From Erysipelothrix sp. (lineage in GTDB: Bacteria; Bacillota_I; Bacilli_A; Erysipelotrichales; Erysipelotrichaceae), in NCBI GenBank assembly GCA_012512455.1, contig JAAZEF010000014.1, forward strand, positions 1 to 54,437: a DNA stretch of 54,437 bases, read 5' to 3'. Below are positions 1-7,567 of this stretch, in pieces. Under the pieces are notes generated by a model. It worked only from the letters and a program-made list of their open reading frames with translations. It did no database searches and was not told where the DNA came from. The translations under genes were made by a program, and so were the position numbers. The first letter of the stretch is position 1. Every line of letters begins with the position of its first letter.

Positions 1-301
1 GTTGAAGTTTATGTGCTTCTTGTTCTCTTAAATTCAATAAATGAGTTAATAATTGTATTTGATTGGGTTGTTTAACTTGTTGCCAACGATTAATTAAAAC
101 ATCCAAGTCTCTAAGAAAAGAGTACTCTTTATGAATTTTTCTTAATTTCTTTGAAATAGAGGAGTCATATTCAATGAACGATAACAGGGTTCTCAAGGTT
201 CTTAATTGCACACGAAATTGGTGAACACTCTTCTCATCAAAAGATTCACTAAGTCTGACTGTTTTCTTAAATTGTTTATTCACTAGTTTATGGTATTTCA
301 T
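1..301 (-). CDS. CHAD domain-containing protein, N-terminal part (gene continues past the left edge)
   Basis: Reverse-strand ATG at 301-299 is preceded by an in-frame TAA. My translation MKYHKLVNKQFKKTVRLSESFDEKSVHQFRVQLRTLRTLLSF... has the H-x-x-R-V-x-x-R-x-L-R pattern typical of CHAD domains. The frame stays open to position 1. No clear SD. Confidence 0.5.
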   Translation of the reverse strand, partial: MKYHKLVNKQFKKTVRLSESFDEKSVHQFRVQLRTLRTLLSFIEYDSSISKKLRKIHKEYSFLRDLDVLINRWQQVKQPNQIQLLTHLLNLREQEAHKLQ

Positions 302-351
302 ATTTTAATAATAAACTAAACTGAAGAGAATTGCTCACTATATTGCATGTT

Positions 352-381
352 TTGAAAAAAATAGGTAAAATTTGTTATGAT
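352..381 (+). promoter_or_regulatory. Candidate sigma-A promoter for tpx (TTGAAA, 18-nt spacer, TGtTATGAT extended -10)
   Basis: ttgaaa at 352-357 and tatgat at 376-381, with TG at 373-374. Lies 27 nt upstream of the tpx start. Confidence 0.45.
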
Positions 382-407
382 AGTAAAGTATTAGGAGGAG
401 AAATTAA

Positions 408-920
408 ATGGAATATAGAGTTAATGAAGTGACCTTTTTAGGTGAAAAAAGAACATTATTAGGAATTGCTCCAAAAATAGGATCAAAGGCACCTAGTTTT
501 AATGGAATTAAACATGATCTAACAAACTTTAATTCAACTGACTTAGATGGTACACACCGTGTTTATTCAGTAGTGCCCTCAATTGATACCGCAGTCTGTG
601 CCCTACAAACTAGCCATTTCAATGAGATGGTCAAAGACTTAGGTGATGTCAATGTCCTCACTATTTCCTGTGATACCCCCTTTGCTTTAAGTCGTTATCG
701 TAACGCACAAGGAATCGATAATTTAATCACAGTATCAGATCAAATTAACTTATCCTTTGGAATGAAATATGGAATGGTTATGGGAGATGTTAGATTGTTA
801 GCACGTGGTGTCTTCATTGTCGATAAAGATAATGTTTTAAGATATGCTCAAGTGGTTGAAGATGTCCATAGTGACATTGACTTTGAAGCAGTCCACCAAT
901 TTATAAATGAAATGAAATAA
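408..920 (+). CDS. tpx: Thiol peroxidase (atypical 2-Cys peroxiredoxin, Tpx)
   Basis: 170 aa. SVVPSIDTAVCALQTSHFN contains the peroxidatic-Cys context of Tpx. AGGAGG SD sits 8 nt upstream. Confidence 0.9.
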   Translation: MEYRVNEVTFLGEKRTLLGIAPKIGSKAPSFNGIKHDLTNFNSTDLDGTHRVYSVVPSIDTAVCALQTSHFNEMVKDLGDVNVLTISCDTPFALSRYRNAQGIDNLITVSDQINLSFGMKYGMVMGDVRLLARGVFIVDKDNVLRYAQVVEDVHSDIDFEAVHQFINEMK

Positions 921-944
921 GCGAGATATTTAACTCGCTTTTTT
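919..944 (+). terminator. Intrinsic terminator after tpx
   Basis: aagcgag-atatttaa-ctcgctt hairpin followed by a T run. Confidence 0.7.
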
Positions 945-956
945 GATGGATACTAT

Positions 957-986
957 TTGACAACTATCCTAAACAAAGTGTATAAT
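957..986 (+). promoter_or_regulatory. Sigma-A promoter TTGACA-18-TATAAT driving the riboswitch and ATPase
   Basis: ttgaca at 957-962 and tataat at 981-986. Confidence 0.65.
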
Positions 987-994
987 TACTTTGT

Positions 995-1100
995 ATTAAA
1001 GGGAGTAAAGGCCTGAAAAGGTGTCACCATCCGTCAACACGGCAACAGCCCGGATTGTGATCGAAGCTTGAGACTTTATCACAGTGATAAAGCCTTTTTT
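995..1100 (+). promoter_or_regulatory. yybP-ykoY (manganese) riboswitch with terminator expression platform
   Basis: 5' AAAGGGAGUAAAG (997-1010) and 3' GCUUGAGACUUUAU (1066-1079) match the two conserved loops/P1 of the yybP-ykoY family (GGGGAGUAG ... AAGAGACCUUU). The P1 3' strand CUUUAU is shared with terminator hairpin cuuuauca-cag-ugauaaag (1074-1092), which is followed by U6 (1095-1100). Confidence 0.65.
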
Positions 1101-1125
1101 ATTTCAAGAGGCAAATGGAGGAAAT

Positions 1126-3696
1126 ATGGAACAGAATTTCAATTGGTATGACAAACCACTCAGCGATATCACCACAAGTGTGAATGTCAAAGAAGGTTTA
1201 ACCACAACCCAAGCTCAAAGTAATCTTGAGAAATTTGGTCCCAATAAACTAGAAGAAGAAAAGAAACGCTCAATTCTCTGGTTATTTTTAGACCAATTCA
1301 AAGATGTGATGATTATCATCTTAATTATCGCAGCATTCATCTCAGGAATGTTAGGTGAAACAATCGATGCGATAATTATTTTAGCCATCGTTGTCTTAAA
1401 CGCTATTCTAGGGGTTTATCAGGAAAACAAGGCTGAAAATGCGCTCCAAGCGCTCCAAGACTTATCAGCACCTACCTCAAAAGTAATCCGTGATGGTATC
1501 GAGAAAACGATTCCCTCAGAAGAGCTTGTATTAGGTGATGTTGTTGTCTTAGAAGCAGGAGACTTAGTCAACGCAGACCTAAGACTCACTAAAACAAGTA
1601 GCCTCAAAATTCAAGAAGCATCCTTAACAGGTGAATCCGTCCCAGTCGACAAAGACGCTGAGGTAGTAGTTGACATTAAAGCTCCCTTAGGAGATCGCCT
1701 CAATATGGCCTACTCCAGTGGACAAGTGACTTATGGAAGAGGACTAGGTGTCGTTGTAGGTACAGGAATGCATACGGAAGTTGGTAAGATTGCCAGTATT
1801 TTAAGTAGTACTAAAACTGAACTAACACCACTTCAAAAACAACTTAACCAATTAGGTAAAGTATTAGGTATCGTCGCAATTATCGCGGTATTTGGTATCT
1901 TTGTAATCGGTGTCTTTAATGGAAAAGAACCATTTGAAATGTTCATGACAGCCGTCTCCTTAGCGGTAGCCGTCATTCCAGAATCATTACCCACAGTATC
2001 TACTATCGTATTATCTATGGGTGTCCAAAAGATGGTCGAACAACATGCTATTATTAGAACATTACCATCAGTTGAAACATTAGGTTCCACCACTGTTATC
2101 TGTTCAGATAAGACAGGAACTTTAACTCAAAATAAAATGACTGTCACAGATTCATGGACATTAAACAACAATGAAGATTTACTCAAAAGAACTGTTTATC
2201 TATGTAATGACTCTCGCTATTTAGATGGTGTATGGGTCGGAGATCCTACCGAAACTGCTATGTCAGAATGGTCTCAAGGTGTCAGTGACTTTGAAAGAAT
2301 CGCTGAAGTACCATTTGATTCCACGCGTAAAAGAATGACTACCGTCAATCTTGTAGATGGACAACCTGTAGTTCATGCGAAAGGTGGAGTCGATGAGATT
2401 CTATCCATCAGTACACATATTCAAGATGGCGATACTGTAAGAGAAATTACCCAAGAAGATAGAGTAAATATTCAAAGACAAAATGAATCCATGGCTTCCA
2501 ATGCGCTAAGAGTATTAGCAGGTGCCATTAAACCTGTCGAAGGTGAAGTAAAAGATGGAGACTTTGGTCTAGAAAGTAATCTAATTTTTGTAGGATTAGT
2601 CGGGATGATAGATCCAGCTAGACCTGAAGTTAAAGAAGCTATCTATTTAAGTAAACGTGCCGGTATCCGTGTCGTTATGATTACAGGTGACCATGCTGTT
2701 ACTGCAGAAGCAATCGGAAGAGAAATTGGTCTATTAGAAGATGGACAAGAAGTTATCACTGGTCCTGAATTAGATGATATGAGTGATCAAGAGTTAACAA
2801 ATAGAGTTAAAAACATTGGAGTCTATGCTCGTGTTTCTCCTGAGCATAAAATGAGAATCATTGATGCTTGGAAGAGTCATGGTGAAATCGTAGCTATGAC
2901 AGGTGATGGAGTAAATGATGCTCCAGCATTAAAGAAAGCTGATATTGGGGCAGCCATGGGAATCGTGGGTACCGAAGTAGCAAAAGGTGCTTCAGATATG
3001 GTGCTTACGGATGATAACTTTGCGACTGTTGTAGCAGCAGTTAAAGAAGGTCGTCGTATTCGCACAAATATTAAAAAGGCTATTCAATATCTATTATCCT
3101 GTAATACAGGTGAATTATTTACGCTATTGATTGCGACAGTATTCAATTGGCCAACACCATTATTAGCAATTCATATTTTATGGATTAACTTAGTAACGGA
3201 CTCCTTACCAGCTCTAGCATTAGGTGTCGATCCAGCTGAAGAAGATATTATGGATGAGCAACCAGATCGTTCTCAAACATTATTCACTAAAGATATGGCA
3301 TGGCGAGTTTTATATCAAGGTATTATGATTGGTACTTTGACAATTATTGCTTTCTTATTTGGTGCAGGTAAACTTGGCTATTCAAGTGGATCTGTTGAAC
3401 AAGGTCAAACGATGGCCTTTGCGGTCTTAGGATTTAGTCAATTAGTCCATTCATTTAATATCCATTCACCACACCAATCAGTATTTAAGACATTCTTTGT
3501 CAATCATCGCTTAATTCAAGCCGTGGTAATTAATGCTGTTATGATGTTAGTCGTACTATTAGTTCCACCAGTACAAGACATCTTTAAGTTAGTTCCCTTA
3601 GATATGCAACACTGGATTGTGATTGTAATCTTACAAATCGTTCCATTATTTATTGTAGAGGGAATGAAGAAATTAGGACTTAACGGAAAAGATTAA
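1126..3696 (+). CDS. Cation-transporting P-type ATPase, P2-type (Ca2+/Mn2+ efflux pump candidate)
   Basis: Motifs DKTGTLT, TGES, MITGDH and TGDGVNDAPALKKADIG, with about 10 TM segments. The ORF-track GTG start at 1084 lies inside the riboswitch terminator stem. ATG at 1126 (MEQNFNWYDKPL) has a GGAGGA SD 6 nt upstream. Confidence 0.9.
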   Translation: MEQNFNWYDKPLSDITTSVNVKEGLTTTQAQSNLEKFGPNKLEEEKKRSILWLFLDQFKDVMIIILIIAAFISGMLGETIDAIIILAIVVLNAILGVYQENKAENALQALQDLSAPTSKVIRDGIEKTIPSEELVLGDVVVLEAGDLVNADLRLTKTSSLKIQEASLTGESVPVDKDAEVVVDIKAPLGDRLNMAYSSGQVTYGRGLGVVVGTGMHTEVGKIASILSSTKTELTPLQKQLNQLGKVLGIVAIIAVFGIFVIGVFNGKEPFEMFMTAVSLAVAVIPESLPTVSTIVLSMGVQKMVEQHAIIRTLPSVETLGSTTVICSDKTGTLTQNKMTVTDSWTLNNNEDLLKRTVYLCNDSRYLDGVWVGDPTETAMSEWSQGVSDFERIAEVPFDSTRKRMTTVNLVDGQPVVHAKGGVDEILSISTHIQDGDTVREITQEDRVNIQRQNESMASNALRVLAGAIKPVEGEVKDGDFGLESNLIFVGLVGMIDPARPEVKEAIYLSKRAGIRVVMITGDHAVTAEAIGREIGLLEDGQEVITGPELDDMSDQELTNRVKNIGVYARVSPEHKMRIIDAWKSHGEIVAMTGDGVNDAPALKKADIGAAMGIVGTEVAKGASDMVLTDDNFATVVAAVKEGRRIRTNIKKAIQYLLSCNTGELFTLLIATVFNWPTPLLAIHILWINLVTDSLPALALGVDPAEEDIMDEQPDRSQTLFTKDMAWRVLYQGIMIGTLTIIAFLFGAGKLGYSSGSVEQGQTMAFAVLGFSQLVHSFNIHSPHQSVFKTFFVNHRLIQAVVINAVMMLVVLLVPPVQDIFKLVPLDMQHWIVIVILQIVPLFIVEGMKKLGLNGKD

Positions 3697-3702
3697 CCAA
3701 CT

Positions 3703-3730
3703 AAAAAGACATCTCAGGATGTCTTTTTTT
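3703..3730. terminator. Bidirectional intrinsic terminator between the ATPase gene and yjbQ-like gene
   Basis: aaaa-agacatc-tcag-gatgtct-tttttt, with A and T runs on both sides. Confidence 0.75.
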
Positions 3731-4145
3731 ATGCCCCAATGATCTTAATTAAAACTCGCTTATCACGATGACCATCAAGTTCATAGTAGAATATTTGTTC
3801 CCATGGTCCAAAGTCTAAACGACCCTCTGTAATAGCACATACTACTTCACGTCCCATAATAGTTCGTTTCAGATGAGCATCCGCATTGTCCTCATAGCCA
3901 TTATGATGATATTGATCATAAGGTTTCTCTGGGGCTAGTTTTTCGAGCCAATTCTCAAAGTCTAAGTGAAGTCCACTCTCATCATCATTGATAAAAACAC
4001 TAGCACTAATATGCATGGCATTGACTAATACTAAACCTTCAGTGACACCACTGGCATGGATGGCTTGTTGGAAATCACGTGTGATGTTAACGAGTCCTCT
4101 ACGATTAGGAATGTGAAAAGTAAGTTCTTTACGATAATGTTTCAT
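3729..4145 (-). CDS. YjbQ/UPF0047 family protein (secondary thiamine-phosphate synthase-like)
   Basis: 138 aa. N-terminus ...[23 protein letters not shown] and ...[28 protein letters not shown]... are typical of UPF0047. AAGGAGG SD present. Confidence 0.75.
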   Translation of the reverse strand: MKHYRKELTFHIPNRRGLVNITRDFQQAIHASGVTEGLVLVNAMHISASVFINDDESGLHLDFENWLEKLAPEKPYDQYHHNGYEDNADAHLKRTIMGREVVCAITEGRLDFGPWEQIFYYELDGHRDKRVLIKIIGA

Positions 4146-4181
4146 GTTGCCTCCTTATATGCCATTATAACACTTGTCTGG

Positions 4182-4215
4182 TTGTTAGATAAAAAATTAT
4201 CATATATAATGATAA
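4182..4215 (+). promoter_or_regulatory. mntR promoter (TTGTTA-17-TATAAT) overlapped by a perfect 7-5-7 palindrome
   Basis: ttgtta at 4182-4187 and tataat at 4205-4210. Palindrome TTATCAT-ATATA-ATGATAA at 4197-4215. Confidence 0.55.
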
Positions 4216-4231
4216 CAAGAGGAGAAGTGAC

Positions 4232-4678
4232 ATGAAGATTGAAATGACCCCATCAATAGAAGACTATTTGGAGACCATTTATCGTTTAGATAAGGGCAAT
4301 GGTGTGCGTTCAATTGATGTTTCGAAAGCGATGTGTGTCTCAAAACCATCAGTCAATCGTGCTATCAAAACATTGATTGGTCATAACTATGTGACACAGA
4401 TACCTTATCAAGACATATTTTTAACAGATAAAGGACGAAAAATAGCTCAAGAATTAAACATGAGATATTCAATCTTAAAAGGCTTTTTAATTCATATATT
4501 AGGAGTTGACGCTGATCGTGCTGAAATTGAGGCCAATTATATGGAACATGGCATGAGTAATGATACGATAGAAAAAATAGGGGACTTAATTCGCGAATAT
4601 TCTATGCGAGAAAGTGAAGAGAGAGTCAAAGAAGCACAATCAGAAGCTATTGAAAAAGGAATTACGAAGATAGAGTAG
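4232..4678 (+). CDS. mntR: DtxR/MntR-family metal-dependent transcriptional regulator
   Basis: 148 aa. N-terminal IEDYLETIYRL...VRSIDVSKAMCVSKPSVNRAIKTL winged-helix region typical of MntR/DtxR. Confidence 0.8.
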   Translation: MKIEMTPSIEDYLETIYRLDKGNGVRSIDVSKAMCVSKPSVNRAIKTLIGHNYVTQIPYQDIFLTDKGRKIAQELNMRYSILKGFLIHILGVDADRAEIEANYMEHGMSNDTIEKIGDLIREYSMRESEERVKEAQSEAIEKGITKIE

Positions 4679-5873
4679 TTTCTTTTTTTATAGAAGGAAA
4701 TGATACTATAAATTGATTGATATTATCTTTTGACTTAAATTCAATCTGTCCATGAAGTTGCTGGGTAATGACCTTGGCAATTGATAATCCTAGTCCATAT
4801 CCTCTAACTTGAGAGGAGCGTGAAGGATCTTTTCGATAAAATCTTTCAAAGATATGAACAGCATCCTTAGGATCAATGGTGTCTCCGGTATTACTTACTT
4901 CACAAATTATTTGATGTTGATGTCGTTTAATAGAAACAGTAATTGTTCCCTTATCATTGGAATATTTAAAAGCATTGTCTGTTAAGATTGAGATTAGTTG
5001 TTTGATTAAGGCCTCATGACCTAATATATAAAGATTCTCTTGGACATCAATATGGAAAGTTTTTTGTTGTTCAAAGGCTAGTGCCTCTAATGGTAAGAGT
5101 ACTTGTAGTGAGATGTCACTTAAATTGATTGGTGAAAGAGGTACTTGTTGAAGATTCTCATCACTTTGTGATAGATACAACATTGATGAGACTAAATCTT
5201 TCATCCGATGTGTTTCATCTTGAATATAGCCAATCCACTTTTCTTGTTCATTGGTGGAGTTTGAAGCTAAGATTTCCACATTTGAAGAAATGATTGCTAA
5301 AGGATTCTTGAGTTCATGAGATAAGTTGGAAACAAGCTGTTGTTGTTGTTCCATGGAATGCTTAACAGGTTGTACGACCTTTCTAGCGAAGTAATAAGCT
5401 ACTAAAAAGGACACACTCCATATCAAGGCACTGACGATGATCATCCAAAACATTACAGATCTTAGTGATTGCTTTGAAAGTGTTAAATCAATAAAGGCGT
5501 ACGTCTTAGTAAAGGGTGTTTCATTTGTAGAGAATTGAACATTATATTGTGATAATATTCCAGAATTATCATCATTTTCTATCGCATATTCTATCATTTC
5601 GATAATGTCTTCATCACTTTGATCCCATTGATTGGCTGAAATGGTAATTAAATTTAAGGGGTCATTTATTTCTGCGGTCAATATATTATAGTTATTTAAG
5701 ATGGTTTCATCGAGAGGATTACCTAGTCCCAAGGCTTGGTTAAGAATTCTTTCATGGGTTACATAGGTATCATAGCGATTGGCGATATAAAAAGACCCTT
5801 GAATAACTAACAGAAGGATAGTTATAAAGAACATAAAGGTTAATATAAAATTACGTTTTAATCTTTTAATCAT
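4662..5873 (-). CDS. Sensor histidine kinase (two TM segments, HisKA + HATPase_c)
   Basis: H-box LSHELKNPL, N-box LTDNAFKYS and G-box GYGLGLSI. Overlaps the upstream response-regulator gene by 8 nt. Confidence 0.85.
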   Translation of the reverse strand: MIKRLKRNFILTFMFFITILLLVIQGSFYIANRYDTYVTHERILNQALGLGNPLDETILNNYNILTAEINDPLNLITISANQWDQSDEDIIEMIEYAIENDDNSGILSQYNVQFSTNETPFTKTYAFIDLTLSKQSLRSVMFWMIIVSALIWSVSFLVAYYFARKVVQPVKHSMEQQQQLVSNLSHELKNPLAIISSNVEILASNSTNEQEKWIGYIQDETHRMKDLVSSMLYLSQSDENLQQVPLSPINLSDISLQVLLPLEALAFEQQKTFHIDVQENLYILGHEALIKQLISILTDNAFKYSNDKGTITVSIKRHQHQIICEVSNTGDTIDPKDAVHIFERFYRKDPSRSSQVRGYGLGLSIAKVITQQLHGQIEFKSKDNINQFIVSFPSIKKETTLSS

Positions 5874-6543
5874 TATTTACTACCAAGTGATAACCACTTT
5901 TACGAATTGTCTTTATGGAAACATTTGATTTAAGAAAGGCTATCTTTTTGCGGATAAAAGAAATATAGGTTTCTACATTATTATCGTCTACTTCACTATC
6001 AAAGCCCCATACTTTTTGGATGATACTCTCTTTTGAAAACAGTTGTTGAGGATTGGTCATAAGTAATTCACAGATTAGATATTCTTTAGCACCTAATTCA
6101 ACTTCTAAATTATTAGATGATAACACATGGGTATTCTTATTTAGGATTAAATCACCTACTTGAAGTTCATCTGGTAGTATCTCGTTTTTACGCCGTCCTA
6201 ATGCTTGAATACGAGCAACTAGTTCAGTGACATTGAATGGTTTACTAAGGTAGTCGTCGGCTCCTAAATTAAGGCCTAAAACCTTATCATCAATGGTATC
6301 TTTGGCACTTAAAAAGAGAGTGGGCGTATTAATTTGTTCTAAGCGCAAAGTTTTAATAATCTCACGCCCATTCATTCGTGGTAACATGACATCTAAAATT
6401 ATGACATCATAACTATTGCTGCGAGCATATTCTAAACCTTCAAGGCCATCATTAGAGACATCGCTTGGAATTTTATGATCATTTAATAATTGAGATATGC
6501 TGGTGGCAAGAACTTTATCGTCTTCGATAATTAAGACTCTCAT
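5866..6543 (-). CDS. OmpR/PhoB-family response regulator
   Basis: Receiver motifs (MRVLIIEDD, VIILDVMLP, SAKD) plus a C-terminal winged-helix domain. GAGGTG SD present. Confidence 0.9.
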   Translation of the reverse strand: MRVLIIEDDKVLATSISQLLNDHKIPSDVSNDGLEGLEYARSNSYDVIILDVMLPRMNGREIIKTLRLEQINTPTLFLSAKDTIDDKVLGLNLGADDYLSKPFNVTELVARIQALGRRKNEILPDELQVGDLILNKNTHVLSSNNLEVELGAKEYLICELLMTNPQQLFSKESIIQKVWGFDSEVDDNNVETYISFIRKKIAFLKSNVSIKTIRKSGYHLVVNND

Positions 6544-6584
6544 GAAATCACCTCTATGAGTATTATAATCCTTTTAAGTAAGGA

Positions 6585-6613
6585 TTGAAATAAAAGTTGG
6601 TTTGTGTCATAAT
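6585..6613 (+). promoter_or_regulatory. Promoter for tRNA-Ala (TTGAAA-17-TGtCATAAT)
   Basis: ttgaaa at 6585-6590 and cataat at 6608-6613 with an upstream TG. Ends 12 nt before the mature tRNA 5' end. Confidence 0.5.
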
Positions 6614-6625
6614 TGTTTAGCATAT

Positions 6626-6701
6626 GGGGTTTTAGCTCAGTTGGTAGAGCACTTCGCTGGCAGTGAAGGGGTCATCGGTTCAAGTCCGATAAGCTCCACC
6701 A
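6626..6701 (+). tRNA. tRNA-Ala (anticodon GGC), CCA encoded
   Basis: Manual cloverleaf: acceptor GGGGUUU/AAGCUCC with the G3:U70 alanine identity pair, anticodon loop CU-GGC-AG, T-loop GGUUCAAGUCC, 3' ACCA. Confidence 0.85.
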
Positions 6702-6712
6702 TATACAATTTC

Positions 6713-6735
6713 ACCCACTAATTAGTGGGTTTTTT
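6713..6735 (+). terminator. Intrinsic terminator after tRNA-Ala
   Basis: acccact-aatt-agtgggt followed by T6. Confidence 0.8.
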
Positions 6736-6755
6736 ATTTGTCTTGATAATAGAAG

Positions 6756-6784
6756 TTGATTTTTTGGGGGGGAGTTATTATATA
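6756..6784 (+). promoter_or_regulatory. Candidate promoter TTGATT-17-TATATA for the lipoprotein gene, with T6G7 homopolymers in the spacer
   Basis: ttgatt at 6756-6761 and tatata at 6779-6784. G7 run at 6766-6772. Confidence 0.4.
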
Positions 6785-6822
6785 AATAACAAGTAAGTAC
6801 AATCAAATTGAGGAGAATGACT

Positions 6823-7518
6823 ATGAGAAAGTTAAGAATCTTACTGACTTCTGTATTGAGTTTGATGTTATTGCTAGGTTGTCAGGTTATCAATAAAGTG
6901 CCTGATACAGTTGAATTAGAAAATGATTATGAAGTATTAGCCGAAAATATAATAGTTGAATCTATTTCAGGAGATCTCGCTTATGCTTTAGATACACCTG
7001 TTGGCTTACAAAAAGCGATTGATGAAATCATTGATGTTGTCGCGATCGTGAGAATAAATTCTGTGAACTATTCAAACTGGTATCCCATGACCAAAGAATA
7101 TGATCTACCCTATACTTATGGTGAGGCGAGTGTCATTGAGAATTTAAAGGGTGAGTTATTGGCTAAGAAAATAACTTATAGAAGATTTGGTGGAATATTA
7201 CCCTATGAAGAGTACATCAAGGCATCTAATGCTTCAGAAAAGGTTACAAGACTACAGAAAGAAAATAATGTTGATGTTGATTCGCTTAAGGGTACTAAAA
7301 TTATCTCTAGATGGGATGGAGATATTGAGATGGAAGTTGGAAAGACTTACTTAGTACTTATGATTAATGATCCAAAGTTTCATCAAGAGAATGAATACTG
7401 GTTTGAAGGGTATCAATATGGACTTAGAGAAGTCCAATTAGAACCACTTAAGATAAAGAATAATGTGACTGGTGAGTGGGAACAATTATCAGCACTTGGT
7501 TTAAACTTTGGTTATTGA
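6823..7518 (+). CDS. Lipoprotein of unknown function
   Basis: Signal peptide MRKLRILLTSVLSLMLLLGC with lipobox LLGC. ATG at 6823 has a GAGGAG SD 7 nt upstream; the ORF-track TTG at 6808 overlaps that SD. Confidence 0.7.
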   Translation: MRKLRILLTSVLSLMLLLGCQVINKVPDTVELENDYEVLAENIIVESISGDLAYALDTPVGLQKAIDEIIDVVAIVRINSVNYSNWYPMTKEYDLPYTYGEASVIENLKGELLAKKITYRRFGGILPYEEYIKASNASEKVTRLQKENNVDVDSLKGTKIISRWDGDIEMEVGKTYLVLMINDPKFHQENEYWFEGYQYGLREVQLEPLKIKNNVTGEWEQLSALGLNFGY

Positions 7519-7567
7519 CTTTCAATGATTAATTCAAGATAATTATCATAAGAAGAAGGTTGATTGT

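Noticed and set aside
1419-3065. Antisense ORFs of 62-86 aa inside the P-type ATPase gene (1419-1607, 1833-2093, 2877-3065).
   Set aside because: They lie fully inside and opposite a strongly supported CDS, have no SD, and their low-complexity Ser/Thr/Pro-rich translations are typical of antisense frames of a real gene.
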